Source: an uncultured Gammaproteobacteria bacterium
Lineage (GTDB): Bacteria; Patescibacteriota; Microgenomatia; JAUYPR01
Length of the DNA stretch: 64,000 nucleotides
Reading direction: 5' to 3'
NCBI GenBank assembly: GCA_964372495.1
Contig: CAYJQU010000001.1
Coordinates: 2,935-66,934 of the forward strand
Part shown: in pieces, positions 29,252 to 38,923 of the stretch
How the letters are laid out: every line of letters starts with the position of its first letter
Numbering within the stretch: the first letter of the stretch is position 1
The notes under the pieces: generated by a model
The model's database searches: none
Seen by the model: the letters and a program-made list of their open reading frames with translations, nothing else
What the model was told of the DNA's origin: nothing
Position numbers and translations under genes: made by a program

Positions 29252-30259
29252 ATGATTATCAGGGCTCGCGCGCCGCTGCGCATAAGCTTTTGTGGGGGGG
29301 GCACTGATATTACACCGTACCCAGAGCAGAAGGGCGGCGTGGCGTTGTCGGTGACCATTGACAAGTTTGCATACGTCTCGCTGCAGCCCCGAGACGATGA
29401 GCGGTTGGTAGTTAAGTCACTCGACTATAATATTACTGCTCGCTACAAGCTCAATGAGCAGCTCATCTATGATGGCGAGCTTGATTTAGTAAAAGCGGTC
29501 GTAAAGTCGCTTGGGCTTGAGCGTGGGGTAGACCTTTTTCTCCACTCAGACGCGACGCCAGGATCTGGCCTCGGGTCTTCATCCTCTATGATGGTAGCGC
29601 TGCTTGGTGTTTTCAACCACTGGCTACGCCGCACTATGACTGCGTATGAAGTGGCTGAGCTTGCCTACTTTATTGAGCGAAAGAGCTTGGGTAGCAAAGG
29701 TGGTCGGCAAGATCAATTTGCATCGGCGTTTGGCGGATTTAATTTCATGGAGTTTGAAGCAGATACCACTATCGTCAACCCCTTACGTGTGCGTCCTGAA
29801 ATCTTTAATGAGTTGCATTATCATTTACTTCTAGTAGCAACGGGTGAGTATCGCAGTGCCAGTCGACTACAGCAGGAACAGCTTCGCGAGCCAGCAGAGC
29901 GAAGCGGGTCAGATGTGGACCCCTTGGATACCATGAAGGAGATTACTCTGGAGATGAAAAAGGTTTTATTGCGAGAGCAGCTAGACTCCTTTGGGGCGCT
30001 TCTCCATGAAGCGTGGCTCGTCAAGCAGCGGACGCATAAAGATATAGCCAGTAGCGGCATCGAAGAGATCTACGAAGCGGCTCGTGAGCGTGGTGCTACT
30101 GGTGGTAAAGTTTTGGGAGCTCCTGGAAGTGGATCACTCCTTTTGTACTGCGCATTTGACAAAAAACAGAAGATAGCAAAATACTTGGTCCAGAAGGGAG
30201 CAGAGATCGTGCCATTTCACTTTGAGGCACAGGGATTACAGACGTGGGATGTCAAGTAG
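29252..30259 (+). CDS. hddA: GHMP kinase, D-glycero-alpha-D-manno-heptose-7-phosphate kinase
   Basis: MIIRARAPLRISFCGGGTDI...PGSGLGSSSS (GHMP ATP motif). The ATG lies 2 nt after the upstream stop. Contains a G8 tract at 29294-29301. Confidence 0.8.
   Translation: MIIRARAPLRISFCGGGTDITPYPEQKGGVALSVTIDKFAYVSLQPRDDERLVVKSLDYNITARYKLNEQLIYDGELDLVKAVVKSLGLERGVDLFLHSDATPGSGLGSSSSMMVALLGVFNHWLRRTMTAYEVAELAYFIERKSLGSKGGRQDQFASAFGGFNFMEFEADTTIVNPLRVRPEIFNELHYHLLLVATGEYRSASRLQQEQLREPAERSGSDVDPLDTMKEITLEMKKVLLREQLDSFGALLHEAWLVKQRTHKDIASSGIEEIYEAARERGATGGKVLGAPGSGSLLLYCAFDKKQKIAKYLVQKGAEIVPFHFEAQGLQTWDVK
29294..29301. repeat. G8 homopolymeric tract inside hddA codons 15-17 (GGG GGG GGC)
   Basis: ttttgtGGGGGGGGcact, encoding the GHMP N-terminal CGGGT. 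The frame is intact here. Confidence 0.8.
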
Positions 30260-30260
30260 T

Positions 30261-30884
30261 ATGGCGGCTTGCGATCACGGGCACCATGTGCTTCTGGGAG
30301 GTGACCAAGAAGTAGATTGGGGCAGGCCAGCTGTATTTCTTGACCGAGATGGCGTCATAAACAAAGAGGTACATTTACTCCATAAGCTTGAGGACCTTAT
30401 ATTGATCCCGCAAGCTAGAGCGCTGGGCAAACTAACGCAGCATCATTATCCCTTATTTGTCGTGACTAATCAGACGGTTGCTGCCCGCGGGTTGTGCAAC
30501 AGTCAAACGGTGTCTGCTATCAATCGCAAAGTGTTGAGAATGCTCTCGTCTCAAGAAACGTCCATCGTTGCCCTCTATTGTTGTATGCATAGTGAAAAGG
30601 CAGACGTGGCTGCCTACCGGAAGGTGTGCTCATGGCGCAAGCCAGCCTCAGGCATACTGAGGGCTATTGCGCGTAAGTACCCTATTCATCTGAATCGGAG
30701 TTATGTCGTAGGCGATCAGGCACGCGATCTGCTCATGGGACACGAGGTGGGAGCAGCCACCATCATGGTGCTTACTGGGCATGGCGGGAAGGATGCGTTG
30801 TATAGCGCACAGGCAGACTATGTTGTTGCGGATATCGGTGAAGCGGTGAATATTATTTTGAAGGGGCAGAATGGCACAGGTTAA
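30261..30884 (+). CDS. gmhB: D,D-heptose-1,7-bisphosphate phosphatase (HAD-IIIA)
   Basis: VFLDRDGVINKE (HAD motif I), VVTNQ and VVGDQARD motifs. The start may be the ATG at 30249 or 30261. Confidence 0.75.
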   Translation: MAACDHGHHVLLGGDQEVDWGRPAVFLDRDGVINKEVHLLHKLEDLILIPQARALGKLTQHHYPLFVVTNQTVAARGLCNSQTVSAINRKVLRMLSSQETSIVALYCCMHSEKADVAAYRKVCSWRKPASGILRAIARKYPIHLNRSYVVGDQARDLLMGHEVGAATIMVLTGHGGKDALYSAQADYVVADIGEAVNIILKGQNGTG

Positions 30885-31563
30885 GGGTCTAATTCTGGCC
30901 GGGGGACTGGGCACTCGCATGAAGGATGTGATTACCGCTGCTCCTAAAGTGCTCCTGCCTATAGGGGGGAAGCCGGTGCTTCAGCTTCTTGTCGAGCACC
31001 TGGCACGGCATCATATCACCGACATTGGAATTTCGCTTTACTGGGATTCTGATGTTATCAGAAATCATATGGGGAACGGAGGGCGATTTGGGGTGCGATT
31101 TACCTACATTGTTGAACGAGAAGCGCGTGGCAGCGGAGGAGCATTGTATGAGGCCTCCAGGTTTCTTGACCGCACGGCGGTTGTAGTAAACGGTGACATA
31201 GTGACTACAGTTGATATTTCCAAGCTTATCGAGTGGCATCGCAGCAAAGGTGGGATTGCCACAATAGTAGTTCACCCCACAGACCATCCGCATGATAGTG
31301 ATATGATTGAAGTGAACGAGGAAGGAAGGGTATTGCGTATTGCGCGCGGTGACTCGGTGTCAGACGTGGCTAATGCCGGCATGTTTGTGTTTGAGCAAGC
31401 GATTATAGAGTTTGCAAAAGACCAGAAGGAGTCACTCGAGCAAAAGCTACTGCCACGAGTAGTTGCTGCGGGTAAACCGGTGTATGCCTATTACACTGAG
31501 GAGTATATAAAGGATATGGGTACGCCGGAGCGTTACCGGGAAGTGATGCAGGATTTCGCTTAA
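30871..31563 (+). CDS. Second sugar-1-phosphate nucleotidyltransferase (specificity unknown; cytidylyl- or guanylyltransferase candidate)
   Basis: MAQVKGLILAGGLGTRMK...PKVLLPIGGKPVL...GSGGAL...VNGD. Paralogous fold to hddC. Confidence 0.7.
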   Translation: MAQVKGLILAGGLGTRMKDVITAAPKVLLPIGGKPVLQLLVEHLARHHITDIGISLYWDSDVIRNHMGNGGRFGVRFTYIVEREARGSGGALYEASRFLDRTAVVVNGDIVTTVDISKLIEWHRSKGGIATIVVHPTDHPHDSDMIEVNEEGRVLRIARGDSVSDVANAGMFVFEQAIIEFAKDQKESLEQKLLPRVVAAGKPVYAYYTEEYIKDMGTPERYREVMQDFA

Positions 31564-33183
31564 GTGCACGCACGCTATCTTATTCTGATTCTCTTAGTGG
31601 CAGCGATTCTGCGGTTTGCGGCCATGGCAGTCATTCCTCCTGGGCTGGATTGGGATGAGGCGGCGGTAGGATATAACGCGTACAGTCTTCTGAAGACCGG
31701 CCGTGATGAATACGGCACTTTTTGGCCGCTCCTGTTTCGCTCCTTTGACGATTATAAGCTGCCAGCCATCGTGTACCTTACCGTGCCGAGTGTAGCGCTT
31801 TTTGGCTTAAATGCGTTTGCTGTCCGATTTCCCTCTGCCCTATTGGGAGTGGCTAGCGTCGGCCTTGTATATATACTGGCGAAAGAGATAACTGGTAAGC
31901 GAAAGGTTGCACTCCTTGCGTCACTGCTGATGGCTATCTCGTCCTGGCATCTCCATTTTAGCCGCGTTGGGTTTGAGCCGAATGTGGCGTTCTTTTTCGT
32001 GTTACTGGGAATTACTTTTATTCTGAGACGAGGGGACAGTATGACGGGGTGGCTTTTCGGGGCCGCTAGTTTCGCCCTGAGTTTATATAGCTACCACGCC
32101 ACAAAGATAATTGTTCCTCTCTTGCTGCCGCTTCTTATTTGGTATAAGGCTGGAGGTCCCAAATCAAGGGGTACACAATACATCGCCATGGTGATTACCG
32201 GGGTAAGTGTATTATTTGCACTGACGCTGCCGCTTTTGCTGGTGAGCACAAGTAAAGAGAGCCAATCGAGGCTTGCCCAAACCGGCTTTGTCAATCACCC
32301 GACCATTATCGAGTCGCTCAACCAAAAGATTGGCGAGGATCGTTTGGGAAAGGGAATACTACCTGCCCTCTGGCATAATCGCCTACAAGCGTATGGGGAA
32401 GCGTTCATCAATCGGTACCTTGCCCACCTATCTCCACAGTTTCTTGTTGGGGGAGAGCAACTCAATTTCCGACTCGGACTAAAAGATGCAGGGAAACTTT
32501 CGCTCCCCACGTTTTTCTTTCTTGCCTGGGGTCTCTTCCGTCTTGGAAGGCTTGGTCGAAGGAAGGCAGCATTATTACTTTCCTGGCTCGGTATTGGACT
32601 ACTTCCCGGAGCGGTTGGGGTTGAGTATCCGCACGCGCTGCGGGCGCTGAATGCAGTTGCACCCATGACTATTGTAGCGGCGTGGGGCTTATGGTGTATA
32701 GCGGAAGCAGCGCGAAGAAGATGGCGCTTTATTGCCCTGGCCAAGTTTGGCTTGACACCAGCGGTTCTTACTGCGGTAGTTGCGTTTAGTACAGTACAGT
32801 ATCTCCATGAGTATTACGTCCACTTTCCACTGTATGGCGGCTTTGACTGGCAGGCCAGTCACAGAGAGATGGTACAAGAAGTAGAACGACAGCGGATCCA
32901 TTTTGACCGAGTTGTGGTAAGTACGAAGTTCTTTAGGCCACATATCTTTTACGCGTTCTACACCAAGATGGATCCGGGTTCCTATCAAACCCAGGTAGGA
33001 GATAACCTCGATGTCGTGAGGCTCTACAATATAGAATTTCGTCGCATCGAGTGGCTTGCTGATCAGGAGCATACTAACACCTTGCTGGTTGCAACGGAAA
33101 CTGATGTTCCGAAGGGTGTAGAGGTAATCACCACCATTCATTTTCCCGATGGTGGAGAAGCATTTCGGTTCATTGCGCTATGA
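31564..33183 (+). CDS. PMT_2/ArnT-like GT-C membrane glycosyltransferase, paralog 7
   Basis: DWDEAAVGYNAYSLLKTGRDEYGTFWPLLFRSFDDYKLP and SSWHLHFSR. GTG start immediately after the upstream TAA. Confidence 0.75.
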   Translation: MHARYLILILLVAAILRFAAMAVIPPGLDWDEAAVGYNAYSLLKTGRDEYGTFWPLLFRSFDDYKLPAIVYLTVPSVALFGLNAFAVRFPSALLGVASVGLVYILAKEITGKRKVALLASLLMAISSWHLHFSRVGFEPNVAFFFVLLGITFILRRGDSMTGWLFGAASFALSLYSYHATKIIVPLLLPLLIWYKAGGPKSRGTQYIAMVITGVSVLFALTLPLLLVSTSKESQSRLAQTGFVNHPTIIESLNQKIGEDRLGKGILPALWHNRLQAYGEAFINRYLAHLSPQFLVGGEQLNFRLGLKDAGKLSLPTFFFLAWGLFRLGRLGRRKAALLLSWLGIGLLPGAVGVEYPHALRALNAVAPMTIVAAWGLWCIAEAARRRWRFIALAKFGLTPAVLTAVVAFSTVQYLHEYYVHFPLYGGFDWQASHREMVQEVERQRIHFDRVVVSTKFFRPHIFYAFYTKMDPGSYQTQVGDNLDVVRLYNIEFRRIEWLADQEHTNTLLVATETDVPKGVEVITTIHFPDGGEAFRFIAL

Positions 33184-33959
33184 ATATTACGGTGGTGGTC
33201 ATTACCAAAGATGAAGAAGAGATGCTCCCAGGCTGTTTGGATTCAGTTGGGTGGGCGCGTGAGCTACTTGTGGTCGATTCGCACTCAACCGATAGAACAG
33301 TTGCCATCGCAGAGAAGCACGGAGCCCGAGTGGTAACGGTCGATTTTGAAGGGTATGGCAAGATGCGCGAGGCTGCTTTGGCGCACATGCGTACTAAGTG
33401 GGTGTTTTATCTTGATGCAGATGAACGGGCTGAGGAGGGGCTGGAACACGAGGTTGGCACGCTTTTGGAATCAGGTACTGCAACAGCGGCAAGAATGCCC
33501 CGTAAAAATATCATGCTCGGGAAATGGTGCCAATATGGCGGCTGGTACCCAGACTATCAAACGAGGCTCTTTCGAGTTAAGTACCTGAGGGGCTGGAAAG
33601 GGCAACTGCACGAAAATCCTCTTTATGATGGGCCCACTACTACCCTGTCTCACGGATTGGTCCATCTGACCAGCAAAAGTATTGATGCCATGCTTGCAAA
33701 GACCATGCGCTGGTCGCAGGAGGAAGCGCGGTTACTACACGAATCCAGGCATCCTCAGATGTCTGGTTGGCGTTTTTTCCGGGTTATGGGGGCAGTTTTA
33801 TACGACAGAATGGTGAAAGGACAAGCGTGGAGAGATGGAACTGCGGGAGTGCTACTTGCTCTTTACCAGATGTTTTCTGCCTTCGTTACTTATGCAAAAC
33901 TGTGGGAACTCCAAGAAAAAAAGCGGATAGAAAAGGCATATAAGGTGCTTGATGAGTGA
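33180..33959 (+). CDS. GT2 glycosyltransferase, WaaE/KdtX-like
   Basis: MNITVVVITKDEEEML...VVDSHSTDRT...YLDADE...GGWYPDYQTRLFR. ATGA overlap. Confidence 0.7.
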   Translation: MNITVVVITKDEEEMLPGCLDSVGWARELLVVDSHSTDRTVAIAEKHGARVVTVDFEGYGKMREAALAHMRTKWVFYLDADERAEEGLEHEVGTLLESGTATAARMPRKNIMLGKWCQYGGWYPDYQTRLFRVKYLRGWKGQLHENPLYDGPTTTLSHGLVHLTSKSIDAMLAKTMRWSQEEARLLHESRHPQMSGWRFFRVMGAVLYDRMVKGQAWRDGTAGVLLALYQMFSAFVTYAKLWELQEKKRIEKAYKVLDE

Positions 33960-34725
33960 ACCGGAGAAGGTGCCGAAATTGTCGGTTGCAGTTGCAACCT
34001 TTAATGAAGAGAGCACTATTCGTACATGCTTTGATAGTGTCAAGAATCTTGCAGATGAGATAGTAGTGGTTGACGGAGGTTCAACCGATAACACAGTTGA
34101 GGCTGCCCACCGGTTTACTCGCAAGGTACTAGTGACCGATAATCCGCCCATTTTCCACATCAATAAGCAGAAAGCAATCGATGCGTGTAGTGGTAAGTGG
34201 GTACTGCAACTGGATGCGGATGAAGTAGTTTCTGCAGACCTGGCTAGCGAGATTAAAGCAGTAGTAGCATCGGATACCCCACACAGCGGGTTTTATATAA
34301 GGCGCAAAAACTTTTTTTTAGGCAAATGGATACGAAAAGGTGGGTGGTATCCTGATCCAGTTATTCGACTATTTAAGCGAGGCAAAGGGTATCTGCCCTG
34401 CAAAAGTGTACATGAGCAAATGCACATCGACGGCTCAGTCGGAGCGCTAAGACACGATCTACTGCACTATTCCTACCGAAATATGAAGGAGTATTGGAGG
34501 AAGGCAGAAAGCTATATTGCACAGCGGGTGCGGGACTTACGCGAACAATACAAGGGTATGCATTTGTGGAGCTTGTGGCTTTCTCCACTTGGGAAATTTG
34601 TATCTCTGTACCTTCGCCACCAGTTAATTCTTGAGGGGTATCATGGACTTCTGCTGGCATGGGCCTCCGCGCTCCAGGAATACAAGGCAGTGCGGAGATA
34701 TCTTGAGTATGCGAATTCTCATTGA
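33952..34725 (+). CDS. GT2 glycosyltransferase, WaaE/KdtX-like (tandem paralog)
   Basis: LSVAVATFNEEST...VVVDGGSTDNT...LQLDADE...GGWYPDPVIRLFKR. Contains a T8 tract at 34312-34319. Confidence 0.7.
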   Translation: MSEPEKVPKLSVAVATFNEESTIRTCFDSVKNLADEIVVVDGGSTDNTVEAAHRFTRKVLVTDNPPIFHINKQKAIDACSGKWVLQLDADEVVSADLASEIKAVVASDTPHSGFYIRRKNFFLGKWIRKGGWYPDPVIRLFKRGKGYLPCKSVHEQMHIDGSVGALRHDLLHYSYRNMKEYWRKAESYIAQRVRDLREQYKGMHLWSLWLSPLGKFVSLYLRHQLILEGYHGLLLAWASALQEYKAVRRYLEYANSH

Positions 34726-35752
34726 CCTCCATACATTATCAGCAGAGAGAAGAGGCCGTGGAAGTGGTCGTTATGTCACTGAGTTGGTACGTGCATTGCA
34801 CGAGTATCTTCCTGAACACGCGATTGAGGTTACGGAGTCTGAGCCGAGGGGAACATACGATGTCGTTCACTATCCGTTCTTTGATTTTTTCTCGCCGACG
34901 CTGCCCCTCCGACGCCCAGCGCCAGCGGTGGTTACAATACACGATGTGATCCCTCTGCAATACCCCTCTTTCTACCCGAAGGGTGTACGAGGCTTCTTTA
35001 TATGGAAACGTCAGCAGTGGGCACTTGCGCGCGTTTCACGCATTCTGACCGACGCACAAGCCTCTGTTGCCCCTATTGCACACTATACAGGCGTTCCAAT
35101 AGAGAAAATCACTGCAATCCCCCTTGCGGTAAGCTCGGCATTTCACGCTCCTATTTCCCAAAAGGGTCTTGAGGAGGTGCAAAGTAAATACCGATTGCCC
35201 GCAACGTTTATCCTGTACGTTGGTGATGCAAATTGGAATAAGAATGTAAAGATCCTTCTTGAAACTGCTAGTGACCTTAACATTGACGTCGTGCTTGTGG
35301 GAGGGATATGGTGCAAAACGGCCGGGGGGCATGTAGAGGAGGCGCCGCTCAGGGATATTCTTGCCCGTTTCGGGGACGCTCCCTGGCTACATCGCGTAGG
35401 GCAAATTCCGGACAGTGATCTTGTAGGTTTATACAGGAGCGCTGCGGTACTAGTACAACCTTCTCTAGCGGAAGGCTTTAGTTTTCCAGTGCTTGAGGCG
35501 ATGACCGTCGGATGCCCTGTAGTAGCAAGCGATATTGCAATACACCGTGAACTTGCAAATGATGCTGTTTTGTATTTTAATCCTGGCAAGAAAGATATGT
35601 TGATTGACACGATCCGTACAGTACTTGATGAATCTCTCCGTGTACGCGGCGATCTTATCCTGAGGGGCAAAAAACGAGCGGCAGCGTTTACATGGAAAAG
35701 GACGGTGCACCAAGTGGCTAAAGTGTACAGGGTAGCTGCTCATGGCAAATGA
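34709..35752 (+). CDS. Glycosyltransferase family 4 (GT-B)
   Basis: MRILIDLH... and the C-terminal LVQPSLAEGFSFPVLEAMTVGCPVVASD (E-x7-E). Start at the internal ATG, overlapping the upstream gene by 17 nt. The ORF-track extension was not used. Confidence 0.75.
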   Translation: MRILIDLHTLSAERRGRGSGRYVTELVRALHEYLPEHAIEVTESEPRGTYDVVHYPFFDFFSPTLPLRRPAPAVVTIHDVIPLQYPSFYPKGVRGFFIWKRQQWALARVSRILTDAQASVAPIAHYTGVPIEKITAIPLAVSSAFHAPISQKGLEEVQSKYRLPATFILYVGDANWNKNVKILLETASDLNIDVVLVGGIWCKTAGGHVEEAPLRDILARFGDAPWLHRVGQIPDSDLVGLYRSAAVLVQPSLAEGFSFPVLEAMTVGCPVVASDIAIHRELANDAVLYFNPGKKDMLIDTIRTVLDESLRVRGDLILRGKKRAAAFTWKRTVHQVAKVYRVAAHGK

Positions 35753-36423
35753 AGACTGTTATTGTAGTGCCGGCGTACAACGAAGAGCTGGTTTTGGGAT
35801 CGGTCCTTGATCAGCTGACTGCCGCGCGTTTTTCCGATGCCACTATAGTGGTAATCGATGACGGTTCTACCGATAAGACTGCCATGGTAGCTGCTAAACA
35901 GGGCGCTTTCGTGCTACGACATCTTCGTAATGTGGGGCTTGGTGCAGCACTTGCCACCGGTATTGCTGCAGCGCGTAGATTAGACGCTGACATTGTTGCC
36001 ACCTTTGACGCTGACGGTCAACACACGGTAGCGGACCTGAAGAGGGCGCTTGGGCCGGTGGTTTCCGAAAAGGCAGATGTTGTTATCGGTTCGCGGCTGA
36101 AATCTCCCGGTATGCCACGGACACGGTGGCTTATTAACTGGGTTGCCAATATTTTCACTTGGCTGCTCTATGGTGTTTGGACAACCGATTCACAGTCGGG
36201 GCTGCGAGTATTTTCTCGCCAGGCGTTACGAGTGATCAATCTTCGGACGAGTCGTATGGAAGTTTCATCAGAAGTTTTTGCTGAAATTGCGCAGCATAAA
36301 CTACGGTTTTTAGAAGTCCCGATACAACCTGTATATACAGCATATTCAATAGCCAAGGGGCAACGATTAAGCAATAGTGTGGATGTTGCATGGAAGCTGC
36401 TCCTCCGCCAGTTGCGGGTATGA
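35749..36423 (+). CDS. GT2 polyprenyl-phosphate sugar synthase (GtrB/ArnC/Dpm1-like)
   Basis: MKTVIVVPAYNEE...VVIDDGSTDKT...FDADGQH...GSR. ATGA overlap. Followed by a DUF2304-like small membrane protein. Confidence 0.75.
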   Translation: MKTVIVVPAYNEELVLGSVLDQLTAARFSDATIVVIDDGSTDKTAMVAAKQGAFVLRHLRNVGLGAALATGIAAARRLDADIVATFDADGQHTVADLKRALGPVVSEKADVVIGSRLKSPGMPRTRWLINWVANIFTWLLYGVWTTDSQSGLRVFSRQALRVINLRTSRMEVSSEVFAEIAQHKLRFLEVPIQPVYTAYSIAKGQRLSNSVDVAWKLLLRQLRV

Positions 36424-36447
36424 ACCGATAATGGTAAGCTCCGAGGC

Positions 36448-36789
36448 ATGATTATACAGATAGTGCTTGGCATTTTTATTATCTTTGCAGTTAGTAGGGT
36501 GGTCCTGCAGGTCAAGAGCGGCAATTTATCACTCTTTTCTTTCGGTTTTTGGTCAGCCCTTTTTACCTTTGGACTGGTGGGTCTTGCATTTCCAGAATTA
36601 TCGACACGGTTTGCTCGCCTTGTGGGCATTGGCCGAGGTGTTGACGCTGTCATCTATGCGTCCATATTGTTATTGTTTTATCTCGTGTTTCGTCTCCACG
36701 TACTGCTTGAAGATCTTCGCCAGGAAGTAGTAGGCATCTTGCGCGAAATTGCATTGCAGAAACTACCTTCCAAGAAACCCCGTGCATGA
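36448..36789 (+). CDS. Small membrane protein, DUF2304-like (frequent partner of Dpm1-like GT2; possible GtrA-like accessory)
   Basis: 113 aa with 3-4 TM segments (IVLGIFIIFAVSRVV...GIGRGVDAVIYASILLLFYLVFRL) and a charged C-terminal tail. Confidence 0.55.
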   Translation: MIIQIVLGIFIIFAVSRVVLQVKSGNLSLFSFGFWSALFTFGLVGLAFPELSTRFARLVGIGRGVDAVIYASILLLFYLVFRLHVLLEDLRQEVVGILREIALQKLPSKKPRA

Positions 36790-37913
36790 AAATCGTACTC
36801 GTTACTGAGTATTTCCCCTCTGCTCGTAGCATCATTACTGGCGGTGTCGAGCGGCGAGTAGCTCGCATTGCTCAATTGCTTGCCAAGTATCACACAGTTA
36901 CCGTGCTGGCGGCCAACACAGTCGAGCGCGGCCAGCGTGAAGTTGCTGGGTTGCGCGTAGTGCGGTGTGGTCAGAAGCGTACGTACACTAGTCGCGGATC
37001 GCTACTTACCCGCTTACACATGCTCTTGGACATGTTTCAGAAAGGAAAGACACTTGAGTGCGATATCGTTGAAGCCAGTAACGCCACGGTGTATCTAGCT
37101 GGTTTCTTCATCGGCCTTGCAGCAAAGGCGAAACGAGTAGCATGGGTGCCAGATGTATTTGGGAGGAACGTGCTTGGCTCCCTGGGAGTTATCTCTGGGA
37201 TTGCGGCGCTTCTTATGGAGCGCGTGGGGTTGCTGCTACCGTGGGATCACTACATTGCGTTGAGTCGGCAAACAGAGGTGAAGCTGAGGAGACTCGGGGT
37301 TGCTGGTAAGAAAATTTCAGTCGTGTATGGGGGAGTGGATGTTGATGTTGAGAGGGCTAAGCCAGCCTCATATGAGCAGATACTAACTGTTTCACGCCTC
37401 GTCCCGTATAAACGGGTAGAGGATATTATTGCCGCGATGCGGCTGGTGAAACAAAAAGTTCCTAGCGCTCGCCTTCGTATTGTGGGAGATGGGTCGCAAC
37501 GAGAAAGGCTCGTCTGTATGGCACGGGAAGGCGGCGTAGGGGACTGCGTGCAGTTTATCGCTCATGTGACGGACGCTAAGCTGCAAACGGTCATGTCGAA
37601 AGCTGCCGTGTATTGTTCCGCCTCCACTGTTGAAGGTTTCGGGTTGTCAGTTATGGAGGCTATGGCACGTGGCATACCAGCGGTGATCCCTGATATTAAG
37701 ATTCACCGGGAGGTTAATACAGGAAAAGGAGTGCTATATTTCAGGCCGCAAGACCACAGAGATTTAGCGGATAAACTCATACGTCTTTTAACAGAGAAGA
37801 ACCTCTGGGAGAAAAGGAGCCGAGAAGCACGCGACCTGGCTTCGCGCTACAGTTGGCCCCTTATTGCCGCCCACACGCTTGGGGTATACAATAAGACGAT
37901 TAAAAGGAAATGA
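36786..37913 (+). CDS. Glycosyltransferase family 4 (GT-B)
   Basis: MKIVLVTEYFP...GGVERRV and C-terminal SASTVEGFGLSVMEAMARGIPAV. ATGA overlap. Confidence 0.8.
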   Translation: MKIVLVTEYFPSARSIITGGVERRVARIAQLLAKYHTVTVLAANTVERGQREVAGLRVVRCGQKRTYTSRGSLLTRLHMLLDMFQKGKTLECDIVEASNATVYLAGFFIGLAAKAKRVAWVPDVFGRNVLGSLGVISGIAALLMERVGLLLPWDHYIALSRQTEVKLRRLGVAGKKISVVYGGVDVDVERAKPASYEQILTVSRLVPYKRVEDIIAAMRLVKQKVPSARLRIVGDGSQRERLVCMAREGGVGDCVQFIAHVTDAKLQTVMSKAAVYCSASTVEGFGLSVMEAMARGIPAVIPDIKIHREVNTGKGVLYFRPQDHRDLADKLIRLLTEKNLWEKRSREARDLASRYSWPLIAAHTLGVYNKTIKRK

Positions 37914-38923
37914 AAGTCGTTGTTACTGGTGGTGCGGGGTTTATTGGGAGTAATATTGCTGCGCACTGCGCCAAAAAGGGAGATACGGTAGTTGCTATTG
38001 ATAACCTGTCGCGAGCGGGAACCGAGCGGAATATAAAGTGGTTTAAAAAGGACTTTCCCCAGATATCTTTTATACAGGGAGACATTCGTGACAGTGGCGC
38101 CTTAGAGATTGCGTTTAGCGGAGCGGATCTAATCTATCACATGGCTGCGCAGGTGGCTGTAACAACGTCGGTCGAGGACCCGCGGACTGATTTTGAAGTA
38201 AACGCTCTTGGCACCTTCAATGTACTGGAAGCTACTCGGACAAGGGCACCGGGCGCAATCGTTATTTATGCTTCTACCAACAAGGTGTATGGAGGCATGG
38301 AACAAGCTTCTGTACAAGAAATACATGGACGGTGGGAGTATGCTGACGAGCAGTTGCGCGGCAGCGGAATTCCCGAGTCGTTCCAACTGGATTTCCATTC
38401 ACCGTACGGCTGTTCAAAGGGTGCTGGCGACCAGTACGTGCGTGATTACGCCCGCATCTATGGTCTCAAAACCATTGTGTTCCGCCAATCGTGCATCTAC
38501 GGCCCTCGGCAATTTGGGAATGAGGATCAAGGATGGGTAATGTACTTTACCAAAGCTGCGCTTGAGGGAAATCCTATTACTATCTACGGAGACGGCAAGC
38601 AGATTCGGGATATCTTGCACGTTGATGATCTGATTGCTGCATATGAGGCCGGGATAGAACGAATTGACCACACCAGCGGACAGATTTTTAACATAGGTGG
38701 TTCGCCGCGGAATACGATATCTCTCCTAGAACTTATTGCGTGGCTGGAACGGACGCTTCAGAAAAAAGTGTCCTATTCTTTTGCGGACTGGCGGCCAGGC
38801 GACCAGAAAGTGTATGTTTCGGATGTTTCTGCTCTTAAGTCGATTGTTGGGTGGGAGCCGAAGATAGAAAGAGAACAAGGGCTCCAGTCGCTTCTTACGT
38901 GGGCTCAAGAAATTGTTGGCTAA
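37910..38923 (+). CDS. NAD-dependent sugar epimerase, CDP-paratose 2-epimerase (Tyv/RfbE)-like
   Basis: VVTGGAGFIGSN...DNLSRAGTERNIKW...YASTNKVYGG...QLDFHSPYGCSKGAGDQYVRDYARIYGLKTIVFRQSCIYGPRQFGNEDQGWV...NIGG...ISLLEL. This motif set matches, from memory, the CDP-tyvelose 2-epimerase family. Confidence 0.7.
   Translation: MKVVVTGGAGFIGSNIAAHCAKKGDTVVAIDNLSRAGTERNIKWFKKDFPQISFIQGDIRDSGALEIAFSGADLIYHMAAQVAVTTSVEDPRTDFEVNALGTFNVLEATRTRAPGAIVIYASTNKVYGGMEQASVQEIHGRWEYADEQLRGSGIPESFQLDFHSPYGCSKGAGDQYVRDYARIYGLKTIVFRQSCIYGPRQFGNEDQGWVMYFTKAALEGNPITIYGDGKQIRDILHVDDLIAAYEAGIERIDHTSGQIFNIGGSPRNTISLLELIAWLERTLQKKVSYSFADWRPGDQKVYVSDVSALKSIVGWEPKIEREQGLQSLLTWAQEIVG

Noticed and set aside
36168-36653. 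161-aa antisense ORF overlapping the GtrB-like GT2 and DUF2304 genes
   Set aside because: It is Arg/Thr/Ser-rich and low-complexity, and it overlaps two well-supported + genes. It is spurious.
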